Assembly: GCA_002189035.1 (NCBI GenBank) | Contig: NEEC01000167.1 | Location: 1 to 38,747, forward strand | DNA from: Utricularia gibba | Lineage: Eukaryota > Plantae > Magnoliophyta | Direction: 5' to 3' | Length of the DNA stretch: 38,747 nucleotides | In this document: one piece after another, positions 14,421 through 25,123 of the stretch | Layout of the letters: each line of letters begins with the position of its first letter | Position numbering within the stretch: the stretch's first letter is position 1 | The notes under the pieces: model-generated | Seen by the model: the letters and a program-made list of their open reading frames with translations, nothing else | The model's database searches: none | Told to the model about the DNA's origin: nothing | Translations under genes and position numbers: made by a program

Positions 14421-14939
14421 AAATGCATCATTTTTTTTAATCGATTTGCATCCAGTTGACCTCATGAGCCATACAGAATCGGGGTCAAGGACCAAGTTCC
14501 CAGCGAGACTGGCCGCCACAAAACGAGAAGCGGTTCCTTGAAAAACCATGTAGGCAGCCCCCGAAAACCGAACGATAATAAATACATCACTTTATTGCCG
14601 GACTACAACTAACTCGGGCAAGCCAAACTTACCTTTGTCCCGTTCCAGGTGCACCCAAAGACCGCCTCTCAAGTATAAAGTAAGTTGTTGAAAAATCATG
14701 TGGGGTGCACGTGATATCGCAATTTAAACAAATGCAACATTGTATTCATCGATTTGCATCCTTTTGTCCTCATGAGCCATAAAGAATCGCGGGCCCGGAC
14801 CAAGTTCCTAGCGAGACTGGCCGCCACAAAACGAGAAGCTGTTCCTTGAAAAACCATGTAGGCAACACGAAAACCGAACGTTAATAAATACATCACTTTC
14901 TTTGCCGGGCTACAACTTACTTTGGGCCAAGGCCTAAGC

Positions 14940-17900
14940 TGATCTTTTTCCGGTTCCAAGTGCACCCAAAGACCGCCTTCTCAAGTATAAAGTAAGTTGT
15001 TGAAAAAATCATGTGGGGTGCACGTGACATCATAATTTAAACAAATGGATCATTTTTTTTTAATCGATTTGCATCCAGTTGACCTCATGAGCCATACAGA
15101 ATCGGGGTCAAGGACCAAGTTCCCAGCGAGACTGGCCGCATTCCTTGAAAAACCATGTAGGCATAATAAATACATCACTTTATTTGCCGACTACAACTAA
15201 CTCTCGGTGCAAGCCAAACCTTACCTTTGTCCCGTTCCAGGTGCACCCAAAGACCGCCTGCTCAAGTATAAAGTAAGTTGTTGAAAAAATCATCACGTGA
15301 TATCGCAATTTAAACAAATGCAACATCATCGATTTGCATCCTTTGTCCTCATGAGCCATAAAGAATCGCGGGCCCGGACCAAGTTCCTAGCGAGACTGGC
15401 CGCCACAAAACGAGAAGCTGTTCCTTGAAAAACCATGTAGGCAACACCGAAAACCGAACGTTAATAAATACATCACTTTCTTTGCCGGGCTACAACTTAC
15501 TTTGGGCCAAGGCCTAAGCTGATCTTTTTCCGGTTCAAGTGCACCCAAAGACCGCCTTCTCAAGCATGTGGGGTGCACGTGACATCATAATTTAAAAAAT
15601 GGATCATTTTTTTTAATCGATTTGCATCCAGTTGACCTCATGAGCCATACAGAATCGGGGTCAAGGACCAAGTTCCCAGCGAGACTGGCCGCCACAAAAC
15701 GAGAAGCGGTTCCTTGAAAAACCATGTAGGCAGCCCCGAAAACCGAACGATAATAAATACATCACTTTATTTGCCGGACTACAACTAACTTTGGTGCAAG
15801 CCAAAGCTTACCTTTGCAGGTGCCCCAAAGACCGCCTGCTCATGTATAAAGTAAGTTCTTAAAAAATCATGTGGGGTGCACGTGAATCGCAATTTAAACA
15901 AATGGATTCATCGATTTGCATCCTTTTGTCCTCATGAGCCATAAAGAATCGCGGGCCCGGACCAAGTTCCTAGCGAGACTGGCCGCCACAAAACGAGAAG
16001 CTGTTCCTTGAAAAACCATGTAGGCAACACGAAAAACCGAACGTTAATAAATACATCACTTTCTTTGCCGGGCTACAACTTACTTTGGGCCAAGGCCTAA
16101 GCTGATCTTTTTCCGGTTCCAAGTGCACCCAAAGACCGCCTTCTCAAGTATAAAGTAAGTTGTTGAAAAAATCATGTGGGGTGCACGTGACATCATAATT
16201 TAAACAAATGGATCATTTTTTTTAATCGATTTGCATCCAGTTGACCTCATGAGCCATACAGAATCGGGGTCAAGGACCAAGTTCCCAGCGAGACTGGCCG
16301 CCACAAAACGAGAAGCGGTTCCTTGAAAAACCATGTAGGCAGCCCCCGAAAACCGAACGATAATAAATACATCACTTTATTTGCCGGACTACAACTAAAA
16401 GCCAAACCTTACCTTTGTCCCGTTCCAGGTGCACCCAAAGACCGCCTGCTCAAGTATAAAGTAAGTTGTTGAAAAAATCATGTGGGGTGCACGTGATATC
16501 GCAATTTAAACAAATGCAACATTGTATTCATCGATTTGCATCCTTTTGTCCTCATGAGCCATAAAGAATCGCGGGCCCGGACCAAGTTCCTAGCGAGACT
16601 GGCCGCCACAAAACGAGAAGCTGTTCCTTGAAAAACCATGTAGGCAACACCGAAAACCGAACGTTAATAAATACATCACTTTCTTTGCCGGGCTACAACT
16701 TACTTTGGGCCAAGGCCTAAGCTGATCTTTTTCCGGTTCCAAGTGCACCCAAAGACCGCCTTCTCAAGTATAAAGTAAGTTGTTGAAAAAATCATGTGGG
16801 GTGCACGTGACATCATAATTTAAACAAATGGATCATTTTTTTTAATCGATTTGCATCCAGTTGACCTCATGAGCCATACAGAATCGGGGTCAAGGACCAA
16901 GTTCCCAGCGAGACTGGCCGCCACAAAACGAGAAGCGGTTCCTTGAAAAACCATGTAGGCAGCCCCGAAAACCGAACGATAATAAATACATCACTTTATT
17001 TGCCGGACTACAACTAACTCTCGGTGCAAGCCAAACCTTACCTTTGTCCCGTTCCAGGTGCACCCAAAGACCGCCTCTCAAGTATAAAGTAAGTTGTTGA
17101 AAAAATCATGTGGGGTGCACGTGATATCGCAATTTAAACAAATGCAACATTGTATTCATCGATTTGCATCCTTTTGTCCTCATGAGCCATAAAGAATCGC
17201 GGGCCCGGACCAAGTTCCTAGCGAGACTGGCCGCCACAAAACGAGAAGCTGTTCCTTGAAAAACCATGTAGGCAACACCGAAAACCGAACGTTAATAAAT
17301 ACATCACTTTCTTTGCCGGGCTACAACTTACTTTGGGCCAAGGCCTAAGCTGATCTTTTTCCGGTTCCAAGTGCACCCAAAGACCGCCTTCTCAAGTATA
17401 AAGTAAGTTGTTGAAAAAATCATGTGGGGTGCACGTGACATCATAATTTAAACAAATGGATCATTTTTTTTAATCGATTTGCATCCAGTTGACCTCATGA
17501 GCCATACAGAATCGGGGTCAAGGACCAAGTTCCCAGCGAGACTGGCCGCCACAAAACGAGAAGCGGTTCCTTGAAAAACCATGTAGGCAGCCCCCGAAAA
17601 CCGAACGATAATAAATACATCACTTTATTTGCCGGACTACAACTACTGGTGCAAGCCAAACCTTACCTTTGTCCCGTTCCAGTGCACCCAAAGACCGCCT
17701 GCTCAAGTATAAAGTAAGTTGTTGAAAAAAATCATGTGGGGTGCACGTGATATCGCAATTTAAACAAATGCAACATTGTATTCATCGATTTGCATCCTTT
17801 TGTCCTCATGAGCCATAAAGAATCGCGGGCCCGGACCAAGTTCCTAGCGAGACTGGCCGCCACAAAACGAGAAGCTGTTCCTTGAAAAACCATGTAGGCA

Positions 17901-19600
17901 ACACCGAAAACCGAACGTTAATAAATACATCACTTTCTTTGCCGGGCTACAACTTACTTTGGGCCAAGGCCTAAGCTGATCTTTTTCCGGTTCCAAGTGC
18001 CCCAAAGACCGCCTTCTCAAGTATAAAGTAAGTTGTTGAAAAAATCATGTGGGGTGCACGTGACATCATAATTTAAACAAATGGATCATTTTTTTTAATC
18101 GATTTGCATCCAGTTGACCTCATGAGCCATACAGAATCGGGGTCAAGGACCAAGTTCCCAGCGAGACTGGCCGCCACAAAACGAGAAGCGGTTCCTTGAA
18201 AAACCATGTAGGCAGCCCCCGAAAACCGAACGATAATAAATACATCACTTTATTTGCCGGACTACAACTAACTCTCGGCAAGCCAAACCTTACCTTTGTC
18301 CGTTCCAGGTGCACCCAAAGACCGCCTGCTCAAGTATAAAGTAAGTTGTTGAAAAAATCATGTGGGGTGCACGTGATATCGCAATTTAAACAAATGCAAC
18401 ATTGTATTCATCGATTTGCATCCTTTTGTCCTCATGAGCCATAAAGAATCGCGGGCCCGGACCAAGTTCCTAGCGAGACTGGCCGCCACAAAACGAGAAG
18501 CTGTTCCTTGAAAAACCATGTAGGCAACACCGAAAACCGAACGTTAATAAATACATCACTTTCTTTGCCGGGCTACAACTTACTTTGGGCCAAGGCCTAA
18601 GCTGATCTTTTTCCGGTTCCAAGTGCACCCAAAGACCGCCTTCTCAAGTATAAAGTAAGTTGTTGAAAAAATCATGTGGGGTGCACGTGACATCATAATT
18701 TAAACAAATGGATCATTTTTTTTAATCGATTTGCATCCAGTTGACCTCATGAGCCATACAGAATCGGGGTCAAGGACCAAGTTCCAGCGAGACTGGCCGC
18801 CACAAAACGAGAAGCGGTTCCTTGAAAAACCATGTAGGCAGCCCCCGAAAACCGAACGATAATAAATACATCACTTTATTTGCCGGACTACAACTAACTC
18901 GCAAGCCAAACTTACCTTTTCCCGTTCCAGGCACCCAAAGACCGCCTGCTCAAGTATAAAGTAAGTTGTTGAAAAAATCATGTGGGGTGCACGTGATATC
19001 GCAATTTAAACAAATGCAACATTGTATTAATCGATTTGCATCCTTTTGTCCTCATGAGCCATAAAGAATCGCGGGCCCGGACCAAGTTCCTAGCGAGACT
19101 GGCCGCCACAAAACGAGAAGCTGTTCCTTGAAAAACCATGTAGGCAACACCGAAAACCGAACGTTAATAAATACATCACTTTCTTTGCCGGGCTACAACT
19201 TACTTTGGGCCAAGGCCTAAGCTGATCTTTTTCCGGTTCCAAGTGCACCCAAAGACCGCCTTCTCAAGTATAAAGTAAGTTGTTGAAAAAATCATGTGGG
19301 GTGCACGTGACATCATAATTTAAACAAATGGATCATTTTTTTTAATCGATTTGCATCCAGTTGACCTCATGAGCCATACAGAATCGGGGTCAAGGACCAA
19401 GTTCCCAGCGAGACTGGCCGCCACAAAACGAGAAGCGGTTCCTTGAAAAACCATGTAGGCAGCCCCCGAAAACCGAACGATAATAAATACATCACTTTAT
19501 TTGCCGGACTACAACTAACTGGCAAGCCAAACCTTACCTTTGTCCAGGTGCACCCAAAGACCGCCTCTCAAGTATAAAGTAAGTTGTTGAAAAAATCATG
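14940..19600 (+). repeat. Homogeneous T2-only sub-domain
   Basis: Eight consecutive B-to-A junctions (15010, 15565, 16173, 16793, 17421, 18046, 18673, 19293) all carry GCTGATC / GCCTTCTCAAG / GACATCATA / ATGGATC. Confidence 0.75.
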
Positions 19601-21347
19601 TGGGGTGCACGTGATATCGCAATTTAAACAAATGCAACATTGTATTCATCGATTTGCATCCTTTTGTCCTCATGAGCCATAAAGAATCGCGGGCCCGGAC
19701 CAAGTTCCTAGCGAGACTGGCCGCCACAAAACGAGAAGCTGTTCCTTGAAAAACCATGTAGGCAACACCGAAAACCGAACGTTAATAAATACATCACTTT
19801 CTTTGCCGGGCTACAACTTACTTTGGGCCAAGGCCTAAGCTGACCTTTTTCCGGTTCCAAGTGCACCCAAAGACCGCCTTCCTCAAGTATAAAGTAAGTT
19901 GTTAAAAAAATCATGTGGGGTGCACGTGACATCATAATTTAAACAAATGCATCATTTTTTTTAATCGATTTGCATCCAGTTGACCTCATGAGCCATACAG
20001 AATCGGGGTCAAGGACCAAGTTCCCAGCGAGACTGGCCGCCACAAAACGAGAAGCGGTTCCTTGAAAAACCATGTAGGCAGCCCCCGAAAACCGAACGAT
20101 AATAAATACATCACTTTATTTGCCGGACTACAACTAACTCTCGTGCAAGCCAAACCTTACCTTTGTCCCGTTCCAGTGCACCCAAAGACCGCCTGCTCAA
20201 GTATAAAGTAAGTTGTTGAAAAAATCATGTGGGGTGCACGTGATATCGTAATTTAAACAAATGCAATCGATTTGCGGAAAGCCATAATCATTCCTGGGGA
20301 GAAGCTGTTCCTTGAAAAACCATGTAGGCATAATCGCACAACTTTAAACAAACCCAAAGACCGCCTGTATAAAGTAAGTTGTTGAAAAAATCATGTGGGG
20401 TGCACGTGATATCGCAATTTAAACAAATTCATCGATTTGCATCCTTTTGTCCTCATGAGCCATAAAGAATCGCGGGCCCGGACCAAGTTCCTAGCGAGAC
20501 TGGCCGCCACAAAACGAGAAGCTGTTCCTTGAAAAACCATGTAGGCAACACCGAAAACCGAACGTTAATAAATACATCACTTTCTTTGCCGGGCTACAAC
20601 TTACTTTGGGCAAGCCTAAGCTGACTTTTTCCGGTTCCAAGTGCACCCAAAGACCGCCTTCTCAAGTATAAAGTAAGTTGTTAAAAAATCATGTGGGGTG
20701 CACGTGACATCATAATTTAAACAAATGGATCATTTTTTTAATCGATTTGCATCCAGTTGACCTCATGAGCCATACAGAATCGGGGTCAGGACCAAGTTCC
20801 CAGCGAGACTGGCCGCCACAAACGAGAAGCGGTTCCTTGAAAAACCATGTAGGCAGCCCCCGAAAACCGAACGATAATAAATACATCACTTTATTTGCCG
20901 GACTACAACTTACTTTGTGGTTCCAAGTGCGAAAGTATAAAGTCATGTGGGGTGCACGTGACAAATGCATCATTTTTTTTAATCGATTTGCATCCTTTGT
21001 CCCGAATTTCCAGCGTTAAAGTAATCGTATAAAGGTGACAAGTTGACATGTGGGGTGCACGTGATATTTTAAACAAATGCAACATTGTATTCATCGATTT
21101 GCATCCTTTTGTCCTCATGAGCCATAAAGAATCGCGGGCCCGGACCAAGTTCCTAGCGAGACTGGCCGCCACAAAACGAGAAGCTGTTCCTTGAAAAACC
21201 ATGTAGGCAACACCGAAAACCGAACGTTAATAAATACATCACTTTCTTTGCCGGGCTACAACTTACTTTGGGCCAAGGCCTAAGCTGATCTTTTTCCGGT
21301 TCCAAGTGCGACCGCCTCTCAAGTATAAAGTAAGTTGTTGAAAAAAT

Positions 21348-21663
21348 CATGTGGGGTGCACGTGACATCATAATTTAAACAAATGGATCATTTTTTTTAA
21401 TCGATTTGCATCCAGTTGACCTCATGAGCCATACAGAATCGGGGTCAAGGACCAAGTTCCCAGCGAGACTGGCCGCCACAAAACGAGAAGCGGTTCCTTG
21501 AAAAACCATGTAGGCAGCCCCCGAAAACCGAACGATAATAAATACATCACTTTATTTGCCGGACTACAACTAACTCTCGGTGCAAGCCAAACCTTACCTT
21601 TGTCCCGTTCCAGGTGCACCCAAAGACCGCCTGCTCAAGTATAAAGTAAGTTGTTGAAAAAAT
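21348..21663 (+). repeat. Type A monomer (316 bp)
   Basis: Diagnostic alleles: GACATCATA, T8-tract+AATCGAT, CATCCAGTTGACC, ATACAGAATCGGGGTCAAGG, TTCCCAGCG, AAGCGGTT, GGCAGCCCCCG, AACGATAAT, CTTTATTTGCCGGACT, tail CTCGGTGCAAGCCAAACCTTACCTTTGTCCCGTTCCAGG. Confidence 0.95.
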
Positions 21664-21977
21664 CATGTGGGGTGCACGTGATATCGCAATTTAAACAAAT
21701 GCAACATTGTATTCATCGATTTGCATCCTTTTGTCCTCATGAGCCATAAAGAATCGCGGGCCCGGACCAAGTTCCTAGCGAGACTGGCCGCCACAAAACG
21801 AGAAGCTGTTCCTTGAAAAACCATGTAGGCAACACCGAAAACCGAACGTTAATAAATACATCACTTTCTTTGCCGGGCTACAACTTACTTTGGGCCAAGG
21901 CCTAAGCTGATCTTTTTCCGGTTCCAAGTGCACCCAAAGACCGCCTTCTCAAGTATAAAGTAAGTTGTTGAAAAAAT
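21664..21977 (+). repeat. Type B monomer (314 bp)
   Basis: Diagnostic alleles: GATATCGCA, CAACATTGTATTCATCGAT, CATCCTTTTGTCC, ATAAAGAATCGCGGGCCCGG, TTCCTAGCG, AAGCTGTT, GGCAACACCG, AACGTTAAT, CTTTCTTTGCCGGGCT, tail TTTGGGCCAAGGCCTAAGCTGA. Confidence 0.95.
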
Positions 21978-24900
21978 CATGTGGGGTGCACGTGACATCA
22001 TAATTTAAACAAATGGATCATTTTTTTTAATCGATTTGCATCCAGTTGACCTCATGAGCCATACAGAATCGGGGTCAAGGACCAAGTTCCCAGCGAGACT
22101 GGCCGCCACAAAACGAGAAGCGGTTCCTTGAAAAACCATGTAGGCAGCCCCCGAAAACCGAACGATAATAAATACATCACTTTATTTGCCGGACTACAAC
22201 TAACTCTCGGGCAAGCCAAACCTTACCTTTGTCCCGTTCCAGGTGCACCCAAAGACCGCCTGCTCAAGTATAAAGTAAGTTGTTGAAAAAATCATGTGGG
22301 GTGCACGTGATATCGCAATTTAAACAAATGCAACATTGTATTCATCGATTTGCATCCTTTTGTCCTCATGAGCCATAAAGAATCGCGGGCCCGGACCAAG
22401 TTCCTAGCGAGACTGGCCGCCACAAAACGAGAAGCTGTTCCTTGAAAAACCATGTAGGCAACACCGAAAACCGAACGTTAATAAATACATCACTTTCTTT
22501 GCCGGGCTACAACTTACTTTGGGCCAAGGCCTAAGCTGATCTTTTTCCGGTTCCAAGTGCACCCAAAGACCGCCTTCTCATGTATAAAGTAAAAAAAATC
22601 ATGTGGGGTGCACGTGACATCATAATTTAAACAAATGCATCATTTTTTTTAATCGATTTGCATCCAGTTGACCTCATGAGCCATACAGAATCGGGGTCAA
22701 GGACCAAGTTCCCAGCGAGACTTCATCAATTTGTGGATGCATGTACATCACGTGATATCGCAATTTAAACAAATGCAGATTTGCATCATGAGCCATAAAG
22801 AATCGCGGGCCCGGACCAAGTTCCTAGCGAGACTGGCCGCCACAAAACGAGAAGCTGTTCCTTGAAAAACCATGTAGGCAACACGAAAACCGAACGTTAA
22901 TAAATACATCACTTTCTTTGCCGGGCTACAACTTACTTTGGGCCAAGGCCTAAGCTGATCTTTTTCCGGTTCCAAGTGCACCCAAAGACCGCCTTCTCAA
23001 GTATAAAGTAAGTTGTTGAAAAAATCATGTGGGGCAGTGACAGTGATTTGCATCCAGTTGACCTCATGAGCCATTCCAAGGACCAAGTTCCCATGGCCGC
23101 CACGAGAAGCGGTTCCTTGAAAAACCATGTAGGCAGCCCCGAAAACCGAACGATAATAAATACATCACTTTATTTGCCGGACTACAACTAACTCTCGGCA
23201 AGCCAAACCTTACCTTTGTCCCGTTCCAGGTGCACCCAAAGACCGCCTGCTCAAGTATAAAGTAAGTTGTTGAAAAAATCATGTGGGGTGCACGTGATAT
23301 CGCAATTTAAACAAATGCAACATTGTATTCATCGATTTGCATCCTTTTGTCCTCATGAGCCATAAAGAATCGCGGGCCCGGACCAAGTTCCTAGCGAGAC
23401 TGGCCGCCACAAAACGAGAAGCTGTTCCTTGAAAAACCATGTAGGCAACACCGAAAACCGAACGTTAATAAATACATCACTTTCTTTGCCGGGCTACAAC
23501 TTACTTTGGGCCAAGGCCTAAGCTGATCTTTTTCCGGTTCCAAGTGCCCCAAAGACCGCCTTCTCAAGTATAAAGTAAGTTGTTGAAAAAATCATGTGGG
23601 GTGCACGTGACATCATAATTTAAACAAATGGATCATTTTTTTTAATCGATTTGCATCCAGTTGACCTCATGAGCCATACAGAATCGGGGTCAAGGACCAA
23701 GTTCCCAGCGAGACTGGCCGCCACAAAACGAGAAGCGGTTCCTTGAAAAACCATGTAGGCAGCCCCCGAAAACCGAACGATAATAAATACATCACTTTAT
23801 TTGCCGGACTACAACTAACTCTCGGTGCAAGCCAAACCTTACCTTTGTCCCGTTCCAGGTGCACCCAAAGACCGCCTGCTCAAGTATAAAGTAAGTTGTT
23901 GAAAAAATCATGTGGGGTGCACGTGATATCGCAATTTAAACAAATGCAACATTGTATTCATCGATTTGCATCCTTTTGTCCTCATGAGCCATAAAGAATC
24001 GCGGGCCCGGACCAAGTTCCTAGCGAGACTGGCCGCCACAAAACGAGAAGCTGTTCCTTGAAAAACCATGTAGGCAACACCGAAAACCGAACGTTAATAA
24101 ATACATCACTTTCTTTGCCGGGCTACAACTTACTTTGGGCCAAGGCCTAAGCTGATCTTTTTCCGGTTCCAAGTGCACCCAAAGACCGCCTTCTCAAGTA
24201 TAAAGTAAGTTGTTGAAAAAATCATGTGGGGTGCACGTGACATCATAATTTAAACAAATGATCATTTTTTTTAATCGATTTGCATCCAGTTGACCTCATG
24301 AGCCATACAGAATCGGGGTCAAGGACCAAGTTCCCAGCGAGACTGGCCGCCACAAAACGAGAAGCGGTTCCTTGAAAAACCATGTAGGCAGCCCCCGAAA
24401 ACCGAACGATAATAAATACATCACTTTATTTGCCGGACTACAACTAACTCTCGGTGCAAGCCAAACCTTACCTTTGTCCCGTTCCAGGTGCACCCAAAGA
24501 CCGCCTCTCAAGTATAAAGTAAGTTGTTGAAAAAATCATGTGGGTGCACGTGATATCGCAATTTAAACAAATGCAACATTGTATTCATCGATTTGCATCC
24601 TTTTGTCCTCATGAGCCATAAAGAATCGCGGGCCCGGACCAAGTTCCTAGCGAGACTGGCCGCCACAAAACGAGAAGCTGTTCCTTGAAAAACCATGTAG
24701 GCAACACCGAAAACCGAACGTGGGCCATAAATACATCTCACAACGTTTGCCGGGCTACAACTTTTTGGGCCAAGGCCTAAGCTGACGTTTCCGGTTCCAA
24801 GTGCAACCCATCATTTTTTTAATCGATTTGCATCCAGTTGACCTCATGAGCCATACAGAATCGGGGTCAAGGACCAAGTTCATCCAGCGAGACTGGCCGT

Positions 24901-25038
24901 TCCACAAAACGAGAAGCGGTTCCTTGAAAAACCATGTAGGCAGCCCCGAAAACCGAACGATAATAAATACATCACTTTATTTGCCGGACTACAACTAACT
25001 CTCGGTGCAAGCCAAACCTTACCTTTGTCCCGTTCCAG

Positions 25039-25123
25039 GTGCACCCAAAGACCGCCTGCTCAGTATAAAGTAAGTTGTTGGTGCACCCAAAGACCGCCTG
25101 CTCAAGTATAAAGTAAGTTGTTG
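25039..25123 (+). repeat. Local ~42-bp tandem duplication of the A-monomer tail
   Basis: GTGCACCCAAAGACCGCCTGCTCA(A)GTATAAAGTAAGTTGTTG occurs at 25039-25080 and again at 25081-25123. Confidence 0.85.

Larger units (their letters stand above)
21348..21977 (+). repeat. Representative intact 630-bp dimer (A 21348-21663 + B 21664-21977)
   Basis: Head motifs at 21348, 21664 and 21978 give 316+314 bp. The same lengths recur at 23593/23909/24223. Confidence 0.95.
21348..21977 (+). repeat. Four diverged ~158-bp subunits within the dimer (21348-21506, 21507-21663, 21664-21821, 21822-21977)
   Basis: TTGAAAAA(T/C)CATGT(G/A)GG occurs at 21348, 21507, 21664 and 21822 (CATG positions; next at 21978), giving spacings of 159/157/158/156. 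Further matching motifs keep register: AAACAAATGCATCATTTT vs AATAAATACATCACTTT, TTTGC, CATGAGCCA vs CAAG-CCA at +75/+76, GTTCC.AG, and CCGCC. Confidence 0.8.

Noticed and set aside
21420-21545. Hammerhead-ribozyme satellite (newt satellite 2, Schistosoma Sm-alpha or retrozyme-like), suggested by the ~315-bp monomer, CTCATGAG and CGAAA
   Set aside because: The required core CUGANGA is absent on both strands of the consensus (CTCATGA has C in place of the essential G; GCTGA is followed by TC or CC/CT), and I see no stem II/III pairing. An Infernal cmscan of the doubled consensus against Rfam would be decisive for other ribozyme classes.
21515-21620. CENP-B box-like motifs (CCCGAAAACCGAA; TCCCGTTCCA)
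   Set aside because: The reverse-complement box needs CCCG-N7-CGAA with a T at the third spacer position. Here the spacing is 5 with no T, and the second motif lacks CGAA.
21348-21664. Still deeper ~79-bp periodicity (CATG/CAAG at spacings 75, 84, 76, 81)
   Set aside because: It rests on a 4-bp word with uneven spacing, and I cannot align quarter-monomers beyond that. It needs a formal autocorrelation test against shuffles.
21915-21935. tRNA/SINE B-box-like GGTTCCAAGT
   Set aside because: It does not match GGTTCGANTCC, and there is no upstream A box or cloverleaf.
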